A DNA stretch of 64,000 nucleotides from positions 1 to 64,000 of the forward strand of contig JBGAIQ010000022.1 in assembly GCA_044225365.1 (NCBI GenBank). The letters run 5' to 3'. Within the stretch, counting starts at the first letter, position 1, and the number at the start of each line of letters is the position of its first letter. This document shows positions 41,076-50,816 of this stretch, piece after piece. The notes beneath the pieces are model-generated. The model made no database searches. It was not told the origin of the DNA and worked only from the letters and a program-made list of their open reading frames with translations. A program made the translations under genes and the position numbers. The DNA is from Planctomycetota bacterium. Lineage in GTDB: Bacteria; Planctomycetota; B15-G4; JADJEK01.

Positions 41076-42764
41076 ATGATCCTCGACGTCGTCGTCGCGA
41101 GCCTTCTCGCCGCCACTCCACGCATCGACATCCAGTTGCCGCACGCGGCCGCGCCGATCGATGGGCGCCTCGTCATCGTCCTCACGAAGGACGGAGAGAG
41201 CGAGCCGCGACTCCAAGTGCACGACGGGCCGAACTGCCCTCAGGTCTTCGGAAGCGATGTCGACTCCGCCGCGCCGGGTTCGACGGTCTCGATCGGGAGC
41301 GGGGTCATGGGTTATCCCATCGCCGATCTCTCGAACTTGCCGGCCGGCGACTACTTCGTCCAAGCCGTGCTCCACGTCTACGACACGTTCCATCGCGCCG
41401 ATGGCCACGTGGTGAAGCTGCCAATGGATCACGGCGAAGGTCAGCAGTGGAATCGAGCGCCCGGCGATCCCTACTCGACCGCGCGAAAGATCCACTTCGA
41501 TCCCAAGGCGTCGGAACCGATCTCGCTCGTGCTCGACCTCGTCGTCCCGCCGATCCCACCCGAGCCCGACACGAAGTACGTGAAGCACGTGCGCATCCGC
41601 AGCGAGCTGCTCTCGAAGTTCTGGGGCCGCGACATGTATCTCGGCGCGAGCGTGTTGCTGCCGTTCGAGTTCGAAGAACATCCCTCGTCGCATTATCCGC
41701 TCCTCCTCTTCCACGGCCATTTCGAGAGCGGCTTCGGCGAGTTCCGCGAGACTCCGCCCGACCCGACCCTGAAGCCCGACTACAACGACCGATTCCGGCT
41801 TCGCGGCTACAACAGGATCCAGCAGGAGCAGAGCTACGAACTCTTCAAGACCTGGACCTCACCACAATTCCCGCGCTACCTCGTCGTGAAGGTCCAGCAC
41901 GCGAACCCCTACTACGACGATTCCTACGCCGTGAACTCGGCGAACCTCGGCCCGTACGGCGACGCGATCCAGCACGAACTCCTGCCCGCGATCGAAAATC
42001 GGTTTCGTGGGATCGGCGAGGGCTGGGCGCGCTTCACCTGCGGCGGGTCGACGGGAGGATGGGAAGCGCTCGCGGTGCAGCTCTTCTATCCCGACGATTT
42101 CAACGGCTGCTTCGCGGCCTGCCCCGATCCGATCGACTTCCGCGCGTACACGGTCATCAACATCTACGAAGCGGTCAACGCCTACTACACCGAAGGCGAC
42201 TTCCATCGCATCCCCCAGCCCGCGATGCGCGACTTCATGAATCGCACGACGTCGACCGTCGAAGCCGCAAACCATCTCGAGCTGGTCCTCGGCACGCACT
42301 CGCGCTCCGGCCAGCAGTTCGACATCTGGGAAGCGGTCTACGGCCCGCTCGGCGAGGATGGATATCCCGCGCGCATTTTCGACAAAGAGACCGGGGTCAT
42401 CGATCACGGGGTCGCAAACTACTGGCGCGATCACTTCGACCTGCGCGCCATCCTCGAGCGCGACTGGTCGACGCTCGGCCCGAAGCTGCAGGGCAAGCTG
42501 CACATCTATTGCGGCACGATGGACAACTACTTCCTCGACAATGCCGTCGCGATGATGGACGAGTACCTGAAGTCGACGACGAATCCGCATTCGGACGCGT
42601 TCGTCGATTTCGGCCTGCGCGCCGAGCACTGCTGGAACGGCGACCACACGCGCCCCAACGCGATCTCCCGCCTGCGCTACCCCGTGATGTACGCCGATCT
42701 CATGCTGGCTCGAATGACGCAGTCGGCACCGCGGGGCGCGGACCTCACGAGCTGGCGTTACTGA
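41076..42764 (+). CDS. Secreted esterase-family alpha/beta hydrolase (ORF open from TTG 41052)
   Basis: SELLSKFWGRDMYLGA, YAVNSANLGPYGDA, nucleophile elbow GGSTGG. Confidence 0.85.
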   Translation: MILDVVVASLLAATPRIDIQLPHAAAPIDGRLVIVLTKDGESEPRLQVHDGPNCPQVFGSDVDSAAPGSTVSIGSGVMGYPIADLSNLPAGDYFVQAVLHVYDTFHRADGHVVKLPMDHGEGQQWNRAPGDPYSTARKIHFDPKASEPISLVLDLVVPPIPPEPDTKYVKHVRIRSELLSKFWGRDMYLGASVLLPFEFEEHPSSHYPLLLFHGHFESGFGEFRETPPDPTLKPDYNDRFRLRGYNRIQQEQSYELFKTWTSPQFPRYLVVKVQHANPYYDDSYAVNSANLGPYGDAIQHELLPAIENRFRGIGEGWARFTCGGSTGGWEALAVQLFYPDDFNGCFAACPDPIDFRAYTVINIYEAVNAYYTEGDFHRIPQPAMRDFMNRTTSTVEAANHLELVLGTHSRSGQQFDIWEAVYGPLGEDGYPARIFDKETGVIDHGVANYWRDHFDLRAILERDWSTLGPKLQGKLHIYCGTMDNYFLDNAVAMMDEYLKSTTNPHSDAFVDFGLRAEHCWNGDHTRPNAISRLRYPVMYADLMLARMTQSAPRGADLTSWRY

Positions 42765-42779
42765 CGCCCCCCGCATCGA

Positions 42780-42954
42780 ATCGCAGCCGTAACCGCCGAA
42801 TCCGGCGGCGGCGGATCGCAGCCGTAACCGCCGAATCCGGCGGCGGCGGATCGCAGCCGTGACCGCCGAAACTGGCGGCGGCGGATCGCAGCCGTAACCG
42901 CCGAAACTGGCGGCGGCGGATCGCAGCCGTGACCGCCGAAACCGGCGGCGGCGG
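42780..42954. repeat. Tandem array, 5 x 35 bp, hairpin-containing (REP-like)
   Basis: Unit ATCGCAGCCGT(A/G)ACCGCCGAAWCYGGCGGCGGCGG at 42780, 42815, 42850, 42885 and 42920; no spacers; lies between convergent genes. Confidence 0.93.
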
Positions 42955-43034
42955 CCCGGCCGCGGATGAACTCTCGCGTCAGCGAGACGTCGACCGACTC
43001 CACGCGAGTCGTTCAACACGATGGAGCATCGGGA

Positions 43035-43385
43035 TCAGGTCGCCCGCCTGCGCTTCGTCGTTCCCGTTCGCTTCGACTTCGCCGCCACGAACTCCCATGC
43101 TTCGCGTAGCGCCTTCGAGATCGTCGCTTTCCTCGCTCGCTCCAGTTTCACGATCGTGGAGCCGGCCCTTCCCCACGCGCCCTTCGCGGGCTCGAAAACG
43201 GTCGGCTCGGCGACGACGTAACGAGCCTGCGCCTCGGGGGGCAGTTGGACCATCCCCCAGACTTCGCCCGGGCCGAGCGTCGCGAAGATCTTGCCGCCGA
43301 CGCGAAAATCGGGGTGATGCATGTGCGACGCCTCGACGACGTCCGGCAGGGCGAGCGCGAGCGCGCGGAATTCGTTCGGTGACAT
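43035..43385 (-). CDS. MmcQ/YjbR family DNA-binding protein
   Basis: FRALALALP...SHMHHPDFRVGGKIFATL...GAWGRAGST; GAGGGA RBS before ATG 43385. Confidence 0.88.
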   Translation of the reverse strand: MSPNEFRALALALPDVVEASHMHHPDFRVGGKIFATLGPGEVWGMVQLPPEAQARYVVAEPTVFEPAKGAWGRAGSTIVKLERARKATISKALREAWEFVAAKSKRTGTTKRRRAT

Positions 43386-43467
43386 GGTTCCCTCGCTGGG
43401 CCGATCGTAATCCAAGCCAAAACGCCGGAGCCCAACGGTTCCCTGGGTACTCGCGTATTTTGACGCC

Positions 43468-45237
43468 ATGAGAACGCCACGACTCCCCCGCCTCGCGCTC
43501 GCATTCGCCGCACTCGCCGGTGTCCTGCGTTCGCAGGCCGCCGCGCAGATCCACGACCTCGACTACCGCTTCGAACTGACGAAAGATCCGGACGATGACC
43601 CCGCCGACGATCCGAGTCCGCTCCTGCGACTCGAACTCTCGACGAACGGCGACGCGAGCGGCGCGACGGCGTTCGAGATCGCCGATTCCTGGGCGGGCTT
43701 CCAGAACACGGCGGCAGCCGTGAAGGACGTCGTCGCACGCGGCGCCGACGGGCGGCATCTCGAGATCGATCACCCGCGCGGAGATCAGTGGGTCGTCCAT
43801 CACGAACCGAACGAGCGCGTCGACCTCTACTGGTCGTTCGCGGAATCGACCTACGACCACCCGCTCGTGAAGAGCGACCGCAATGAATACCGAGTGATCC
43901 TGGAGCCGGGAGTCCTGCATCTCATCGGCGAGGTCGGCCTCATCGTCCCATCGAAGCGCGTGCACGGCGATCCGTGCGAGATCGGCCTCATCTGGAGCGG
44001 CTTTCGCGAAGCGGGTTGGAACGTGATCAGCTCGTTCGCACCCGACGATCGGCCGTGGTCGGGCAAGCTCGCCGTCGACAAGTTCCGTCACGCGATCTTC
44101 CTGGCGGGAAAGCTGCGGGTCGAGGAACGCGTGGTCCACGACCACCCGCTCCGCATCGCGATCTTCGGCGATGACTGGGGCTTCACCGACGCGGAGTTCG
44201 CCGATCTCTGCGCGAGCATCGTCACGGCCGAGCGCGAGTTCTTCTCCGACTTCGATTTCCCGCACTACCTCGTCTCGCTCCTCCCCGTTGGTAAGTACAT
44301 CGAGGGCGGTCACTCGATCGGTGGCACCGGTCTCACCAATTCGTTCGCGATGTTCATGATGCCCGGGAAGAAGAACACCCTCCCATCGCCGAACGGACGC
44401 CGTGTCGCGCGCGTGCTCGCCCACGAGATGTTCCACCATTGGAATGGAAACTCGTTCGCGCTCGCCGAGCCCGAGCAACTCGCGTACTGGTTCTCCGAGG
44501 GCTTCACCGACTTCTACGCGCGACGCATACTGCATCGCGCGCGAATCGCGGACGACGCGGACTTCGTCGCGCAGCTCAACGAGAAGCTCGAGGACTACCA
44601 GACCTCGAAAGTCGTGTCCGCTCCCGCGACGCGGATCCTCGCGGACTTCTGGACGGACGAGAACGTGCAGCATCTGCCCTATCAGCGTGGCGACGTCGTC
44701 GCGATGCTCATCGATTCACGCATCCGCGCGAAGACCTCGGGCAAGCAGAGCCTCGACGATCTCATGCGCGCGATCGTCGCCGAGGGCCGGAAGCGGGAGA
44801 CTCCGTTCTCCGTCGACGACTTGCTGGACCGCATCGAGACGGCGACCGACGCCGCGACGAAGTCGCTCGTGCGCGGTATCGTCGTCGACGGCAACGTCGC
44901 GAGGATCGACCCCTCTTGGTTCGCACCGTGCCTCGTCGCGCGCGAGGAAGAACGCGGCGCATTCGAGCTCGGCTTCGACTTCGAGCAGACCAAGAAGTTC
45001 AAGACGATCACGGGCGTCGTGAAGGACTCGCGCGCGTACGTCGCGGGCCTGCGCGACGGGCAGCCGCTGCGCGGAGCGACGGTTCAGTTCGGCGACACGC
45101 ATCGCGAGGTCGAGATCCAGGTGAAGGACGGAACTTCGGATAAGACGATCCGATTCTTGCCCGTCGGCCGTGGCCCGAAGATCACGCTCTTCTCGCTCGA
45201 TCCAAAAGCGCCAGACGGCTGCTGTGGCGCGTTCTGA
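43468..45237 (+). CDS. Secreted M61 family (glycyl aminopeptidase-like) metallopeptidase with PDZ-like C-terminus
   Basis: Signal peptide, LAHEMFHHWNG, WFSEGFTDFY, YQRG, SRAYVAGLRDG. Confidence 0.88.
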   Translation: MRTPRLPRLALAFAALAGVLRSQAAAQIHDLDYRFELTKDPDDDPADDPSPLLRLELSTNGDASGATAFEIADSWAGFQNTAAAVKDVVARGADGRHLEIDHPRGDQWVVHHEPNERVDLYWSFAESTYDHPLVKSDRNEYRVILEPGVLHLIGEVGLIVPSKRVHGDPCEIGLIWSGFREAGWNVISSFAPDDRPWSGKLAVDKFRHAIFLAGKLRVEERVVHDHPLRIAIFGDDWGFTDAEFADLCASIVTAEREFFSDFDFPHYLVSLLPVGKYIEGGHSIGGTGLTNSFAMFMMPGKKNTLPSPNGRRVARVLAHEMFHHWNGNSFALAEPEQLAYWFSEGFTDFYARRILHRARIADDADFVAQLNEKLEDYQTSKVVSAPATRILADFWTDENVQHLPYQRGDVVAMLIDSRIRAKTSGKQSLDDLMRAIVAEGRKRETPFSVDDLLDRIETATDAATKSLVRGIVVDGNVARIDPSWFAPCLVAREEERGAFELGFDFEQTKKFKTITGVVKDSRAYVAGLRDGQPLRGATVQFGDTHREVEIQVKDGTSDKTIRFLPVGRGPKITLFSLDPKAPDGCCGAF

Positions 45238-45312
45238 GCACGAAGAGCGACGCCCGCTCCGTCGAATCGACGAAGCGGGCGTCGTGGGAACGCGTCGAGG
45301 GTTGATTGGAGG

Positions 45313-48300
45313 TCAGGGGAGGAAGCTCATTCGCACGGCATTCGAGATCCCGACCCCGACGGCCAAGTTCGGATCCATGACGAGGCATTGAGCGAAGAGA
45401 TCGAGCGGACCGAAACCGCCCGGAACGTCGATCATGAATTGGCCCGATGGATCCGTGATCGCAGGCACCACGATCTGGGCAGGAAGCGGTACGAGGACGC
45501 CGCCGAGCGCCGGAGTCGGATGGCTCGAGGTCGAAGCGATCAACCAGAACGGAGCGTTTCCCTTCGCCTGAGCGAGGAGGAGCGTCGCCGTCTTTCCGGT
45601 CGCGAGCGCGCCGCCGCAGACGCTGAGCACCGCGCCACCGGGGCCGCCGAACCCGAGATCGGATTGGCAGACGTTGCCCGTCGCCGCGATGGAGATCGCA
45701 GCCTCGGAAGAGGACGTCTGGAACCGCAGGTCGGTGGCGACGACGCGGACGATCACGTTGGGGAGTCCGCCGGAGACCGGCAGCTTCCACGCGTAGCTCG
45801 TCGCCGTCGGCGGCAGGCGCTCGACGACCATGTGCCAGGTGCGGCCCGCGTCGTACGAGGCCTCGATCGCGAACGAGCGAATCGCTTCGTCGTCGAGCGC
45901 ATCCCATGCGATCGGGATCACGCCTTCGCTCTTGAACTGTCCGCCGGGCGACGGGAAGAGCAGATCGATCGTGGGCGGTGCATCCTGGAGTCGGACGTCG
46001 GGTCGGATCGAGAATGGCGCACTGTAGAACGTCGCGTCGCGACCACCGGCGCCGAGCGAGAACCGCACCTTGAAGCGAGCCCGATCGGTGCTCACGTACG
46101 GCATCGTGATGTGCCAACAGTTCGACAGCGTCGTGCCGCCGCCGAATGGCACGCTCTCGAGTTCACCGTCGAACACGATCGCGGTGTCGAACACGCCGCT
46201 CGGACCGCTGTAGTTCCAGCACACGTCGAGTCCGTCACCGAACACGTGCGTGCCGGCGAGGTTGGTGGTGAACGTCAGGCTCGGCGCCGTGATGTCCGCC
46301 GTATAGGGCACGTGGAAGAACTGCTCGTCGAACGATTCGTGACCCTTGTCGTCGGTCGCGATCACGCGGATGAACGAGGCCTCGTTCACGGACGACGGGA
46401 GGACAGCGGGAACCGTCCACTCGTACGAGCGAGTCTCCGGCGACAGATTGCCGACGACCGGCCCGAAGAAGGACGACCAGTTACCGTGCGGCGAGAACTC
46501 GATGCGCTGCGACGCGATCGCGTGATCGTCGGACGCCGTCCAATGCAGGACGACCTTCTGCCCGGCCTCCAGGAGATCGGAGAGTCGCTCGACACGCACG
46601 ACGGGCGGATGATCGAAGGGGTTGGGCGCGGCGGTGAGGAAGGGAATCGTTGCCACTGCACCGGTCGTCTTGTCCCCTTGCCCCGTCGGATTCGACGCGT
46701 TGTTCGGTCCCGATGGATGTCCCCACCAGTCGAACGTAGCGTCGACCGAGTTGCCGCCGGACGAGACCGCGATGCCATTGCCGACGAAACTGTTCGGATT
46801 CGTGAAGCCGAGGAGATCTGCGGCGCCCGTCACCGTCGTGTTCACGCCTTTGCCGTTCGAGAGGAAGCGGGTGCTGCGGGCGCGGACGATTCCGTACGTC
46901 GCCGCCGCGGCGCCGGTGCCGCAGTTCGCGATCGTCGTGCTGTCGACGTGGACGATGCCGTCGTCGGCGATGATGCCGATGTTGGCGCCATCGATCACAC
47001 AATCCACGAAGCGCGGGCCTGCGCCGTTCGAACCGAAAAGCAACGTGCCCCACGCCTGATTCGGATCGAGGCGCTCGAAGCGAATCGGATCGGTCGGGCT
47101 TCCGAAAGCACGGAAGATGCCGCCGCCCATGTGCGCGGGCGAAGCGTCGGGTCCGAGCTTCACCGTGACGCCGGGCTCGAGGAAGAAATGGCCGAACGAC
47201 TGCACCGAGCCCGTGATGACGTACGGCACGGCGAGCTTCCCCCAGTGCGCCGTCGCGTTGATCTCGGCGTCGCCGGCATCGACGTAGTTCTTGGTGTTTC
47301 CGGAGGTCGGAACGACGCTACCTCCGAGCAACCCTCCGTTGGTGAGCCGCACGGGAACCGTGCTGTTCTGGAGTTGAGTATTCCCTCCGATCAGGAAGTC
47401 CCATCCGGAGAGATCGAGCGCGGGCCCACTCGCATTCGTGATCGCGACGCGATCGATGTAGAGCGGCTGCGTGAACCGCTCGCGTGTGAACGAGAGACCG
47501 CTTCCATTCATCTGCACGTCGTCGACGAGGACGTAGCCGCGCAGGATGCCGAGCGAGGACGCCTCGAACGTCGTATGCCGCAACGCGAGCGTTCCATCGA
47601 TCACGAAGAGCTGGCCGGATTGGAAGTGGCAACCGTCGACGAGCACGAAGGTGCCCTTGTCCGGCCCGCCGATCGAATCCTCGGTCCAGACGATGCCGTT
47701 CGTGAAGTCGCTGTGTCGCAGCAATGCGGATCCGCCATGCGCGACCTGGAATCGTCCACTCATCGCGAGATGATCGACGTCCGCGAGTCCGTTCACTCGA
47801 ATCGGCGGTGTGATCGTCGAGTCCATTCCGACGAGATCGATCGGAGCGGCGACGGTGCCGTGGGCGATGAGAGTTCCCGCGACTCCGAGCGTCTTTCCGG
47901 GATCGACGGAGATCTGCGTCCCGGGCTCGACGATCACCGTGGCACCGGCGGGAATCGTGATGTCGCTACAAATCTCGTAGGGTCCGCCGGCCGCGAGCCA
48001 CGTGCCCGTCGTGCCGGCCGCGGGGATCGGCGGCAGATTGCAGGGCGGCGGCGGCGGTGGACCGACACTGACGGTATCGATACCGATCGACGACGCGAAG
48101 CAACCGAAGTTGCAGGCCGATGCCACATAGTAGCGCAGCGCGATCGATCCCGAGCCGGGCACATTCAGCGAGTACTTCACCCAGCCCGTCGTGGGCAGCG
48201 GCGAAACGTCCGCGAGCAAAGTCGTGAAATCACCGACCGCATCGGCGCCGTTCCCAGTGCTCTTCCCACCGTTCGGCGAATAGCGGATCTGCACCGTGTC

Positions 48301-48726
48301 GACGTTCGTCGATTGGACCGCGCGCAGGTAGACCGTCAGAGCGTCCCCCGCCTTCTGGCCCGATACGGTCGGGAGCACCGCCCACAGACTGATCTTTCCG
48401 CCGAAGTAATCGGTCGCGAGACTCGTCGCGCCGAGATATCCCGCTCCGGCTTGCGGCGAGAGGAAGGTCCCCTTGTCGTAACCGGAGGGGCCCTTCGGTT
48501 GGCTCTGGTTGCGGAAGATCCAGCCCTTGCTCACGAGGCTCTGCGGACCGTCCGCGCCGGATTGGGTGGACGAGATCGTGTCGAACGTTTCTACGAAATT
48601 GGCCTGGCCGCGGGCGCTGTTCGTCGCGGCCACGAATCCGAGGACGAGAAAGGGAAGAGCGGAAAAGAAGCTACGCCCGCTCGAACGAGGGGCGCAACGA
48701 TTTGACAGTGGGTGCATCGCATTCAC
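45313..48726 (-). CDS. Large secreted multidomain surface protein (cleaved-adhesin-like N-terminal domain, beta-helix, Ig-like domains, C-terminal domain)
   Basis: Signal peptide ARG-QA; GWIFRNQSQP...IALRYYV...IGID; LEPGVTVK...GSPTDPIRF; DATFDWWGHPSGP; W.A.DD..I.S..IE.S.D.G.TW Ig-like repeats. Confidence 0.82.
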   Translation of the reverse strand: MNAMHPLSNRCAPRSSGRSFFSALPFLVLGFVAATNSARGQANFVETFDTISSTQSGADGPQSLVSKGWIFRNQSQPKGPSGYDKGTFLSPQAGAGYLGATSLATDYFGGKISLWAVLPTVSGQKAGDALTVYLRAVQSTNVDTVQIRYSPNGGKSTGNGADAVGDFTTLLADVSPLPTTGWVKYSLNVPGSGSIALRYYVASACNFGCFASSIGIDTVSVGPPPPPPCNLPPIPAAGTTGTWLAAGGPYEICSDITIPAGATVIVEPGTQISVDPGKTLGVAGTLIAHGTVAAPIDLVGMDSTITPPIRVNGLADVDHLAMSGRFQVAHGGSALLRHSDFTNGIVWTEDSIGGPDKGTFVLVDGCHFQSGQLFVIDGTLALRHTTFEASSLGILRGYVLVDDVQMNGSGLSFTRERFTQPLYIDRVAITNASGPALDLSGWDFLIGGNTQLQNSTVPVRLTNGGLLGGSVVPTSGNTKNYVDAGDAEINATAHWGKLAVPYVITGSVQSFGHFFLEPGVTVKLGPDASPAHMGGGIFRAFGSPTDPIRFERLDPNQAWGTLLFGSNGAGPRFVDCVIDGANIGIIADDGIVHVDSTTIANCGTGAAAATYGIVRARSTRFLSNGKGVNTTVTGAADLLGFTNPNSFVGNGIAVSSGGNSVDATFDWWGHPSGPNNASNPTGQGDKTTGAVATIPFLTAAPNPFDHPPVVRVERLSDLLEAGQKVVLHWTASDDHAIASQRIEFSPHGNWSSFFGPVVGNLSPETRSYEWTVPAVLPSSVNEASFIRVIATDDKGHESFDEQFFHVPYTADITAPSLTFTTNLAGTHVFGDGLDVCWNYSGPSGVFDTAIVFDGELESVPFGGGTTLSNCWHITMPYVSTDRARFKVRFSLGAGGRDATFYSAPFSIRPDVRLQDAPPTIDLLFPSPGGQFKSEGVIPIAWDALDDEAIRSFAIEASYDAGRTWHMVVERLPPTATSYAWKLPVSGGLPNVIVRVVATDLRFQTSSSEAAISIAATGNVCQSDLGFGGPGGAVLSVCGGALATGKTATLLLAQAKGNAPFWLIASTSSHPTPALGGVLVPLPAQIVVPAITDPSGQFMIDVPGGFGPLDLFAQCLVMDPNLAVGVGISNAVRMSFLP

Positions 48727-48885
48727 TCCGGCGGCGAATGCGCTCGTGCAAGTCTCGTTCCATCGATGTGAGGGATCACCGGCCGCGACGATTCACTCGC
48801 GGTTCGTCTCGATTCACGATGAAACGGGCGCAACCGTCTGGAATCGACATGGAGTGAACGCCTGCGCGCTGGCGCTGCGACGAGA

Positions 48886-50439
48886 TCACAGGGGAATGTT
48901 CCCGTGCTTCCTGCGCGGCAATTCCTCGCGCTTGTTCGATAGGAGCTTCAACGCCTGGATCAGTTTGCTGCGCGTCATTCGCGGCAGGATGACGTCGTCG
49001 ACGTAGCCCCGCTCCGCCGCGCTGTACGGATTTGCGAACCGAGCCTTGTAGTCGGCTTCGAACTTCCGCTGCTCCTCGCCCGGGTCCTTCGCCTTCTGGA
49101 TCTCGCGCTTGTAGATGATCTCGACCGCACCTTTCGGCCCCATCACGGCGATCTCGGCCGTCGGCCACGCGAGGTTCAGGTCGGCGCGGATGTGCTTGCT
49201 CGCCATGACGTCGTAAGCGCCGCCGTACGCCTTTCGCAGGATCACCGTGAGCTTGGGCACCGTGGCCTCGCAGAACGCGTAGAGCAGCTTTGCGCCATGA
49301 TCGATGATGCCGCCGAACTCCTGCACCGTGCCAGGCAGGAATCCGGGCACGTCCTCGAACGTCACGAGAGGGATGTTGAAGGCGTCGCAGAAGCGGACGA
49401 AGCGGGCGCCCTTGCGCGAGGCGTCGATGTCGAGGCAGCCCGCGAGCGCCGCCGGCTGATTCGCGACGACGCCGATCACGCGCCCATCGAGCCGGGCGAA
49501 TCCGACGACGATGTTGCGCGCGAAGCGCTCGTGGACCTCGAAGAAATCGCCACGGTCGACGATCCGCTGGATCACGAGCTTCACGTCGTACGGCTTCTGC
49601 GGATCCTCGGGGACGAGCGTGTCGAGCTCGACGTCGGCGCGTTGCGGATCGTCGCCGGGCTCGATGCGCGGCGGATCCTCGGTATTGTTCTGCGGCAGGA
49701 AGGAGAAGAGTCGCCGCACGCGCGCGAGGCAATCGGCGTCGTCCTTCGCGGTGAAGTGCGCGACTCCCGAGCGGCTCGCATGCGTCTTCGCGCCGCCGAG
49801 ATCCTCGGAGCTCACCTCTTCGTGCGTCACCGTCTTCACGACGTTCGGGCCGGTGACGAACATGTACGACGTCTTCTCGACCATGAACACGAAATCGGTG
49901 ATCGCGGGCGAGTACACCGCCCCGCCGGCGCACGGCCCCATGATCGCGCTGATCTGGGGCACGACGCCCGATGCGAGCGTGTTGCGCAGGAAGATGTCGG
50001 CGTAGCCGCCGAGCGAGAGCACGCCCTCCTGGATGCGCGCGCCGCCCGAGTCGTTGAGCCCGATGACCGGGACGCCGACCTTCAGCGCGAGGTCCATGAT
50101 CTTGCAGATCTTGGCCGCATGGCCCTCGCCGAGCGCGCCGCCGAAGACCGTGAAATCCTGCGAGAAGACGAAGACCGGCCGGCTATCGATCGTGCCCGAG
50201 CCCGTGACGACGCCGTCGCCCGGGATCTTCTTGTCCGCCATCCCGAAGTCGGTCGTCCGATGGGTGACGAACCGGTCGATCTCCGTGAACGAACCCTCGT
50301 CGAGGAGCAGCGCGATGCGCTCGCGCGCCGTCAGCTTGCCCTGCTCGTGCTGCTTCGCGATCCGCTCCTCGCCGCCGCCGAGATCGGCCTGCGCGTTCCG
50401 TTCAGCGAGTTCTTCGAGCGGCTTCTTCGGGGTCGGCAT
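48886..50439 (-). CDS. pccB: Acyl-CoA (propionyl-CoA) carboxylase beta subunit
   Basis: [54 protein letters not shown]. Confidence 0.93.
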   Translation of the reverse strand: MPTPKKPLEELAERNAQADLGGGEERIAKQHEQGKLTARERIALLLDEGSFTEIDRFVTHRTTDFGMADKKIPGDGVVTGSGTIDSRPVFVFSQDFTVFGGALGEGHAAKICKIMDLALKVGVPVIGLNDSGGARIQEGVLSLGGYADIFLRNTLASGVVPQISAIMGPCAGGAVYSPAITDFVFMVEKTSYMFVTGPNVVKTVTHEEVSSEDLGGAKTHASRSGVAHFTAKDDADCLARVRRLFSFLPQNNTEDPPRIEPGDDPQRADVELDTLVPEDPQKPYDVKLVIQRIVDRGDFFEVHERFARNIVVGFARLDGRVIGVVANQPAALAGCLDIDASRKGARFVRFCDAFNIPLVTFEDVPGFLPGTVQEFGGIIDHGAKLLYAFCEATVPKLTVILRKAYGGAYDVMASKHIRADLNLAWPTAEIAVMGPKGAVEIIYKREIQKAKDPGEEQRKFEADYKARFANPYSAAERGYVDDVILPRMTRSKLIQALKLLSNKREELPRRKHGNIPL

Positions 50440-50816
50440 GCATTCCTCGGGGCGTCGGTCGGGGCTGCGAATCGGGGCGGCATCGTAGCGGACGAGCCCG
50501 CGGGCATGCGAGGCGCGAGTTGCGGTTTGAGCCGAGGTCGGCGTCGATCCGGCGGAGGGCGACGCGGTCCGCCGCCGCCGATTCGTTCCCCGCCGGAAAA
50601 AACGAAGTCGCGGAGAAATGCGATCGTTCTTCCACCAACACCCTCGAACTCCTAAACGTATAGGAGATTGAACGGGCGCTCGGTCGATCGCGACCGCGAG
50701 CAGCGATTCGAATCGATTCCTCGGGATCGAATTCGTTCGAGCGCGCGTTGTATGGACGGGGCCGTTCGTGGCGATGACCTGCGCGGCTCACTCGACTGTC
50801 GAAGGAGGATCGATCA

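Noticed and set aside
42780-42954. CRISPR array (35-bp repeats; also 58686-58860)
   Set aside because: The units are head-to-tail with no unique spacers, and no cas genes are present in the window.
45388-48705. 1105-aa + strand ORF
   Set aside because: Antisense shadow of the 1137-aa surface protein; Arg-rich and motif-free, as expected in high-GC DNA.
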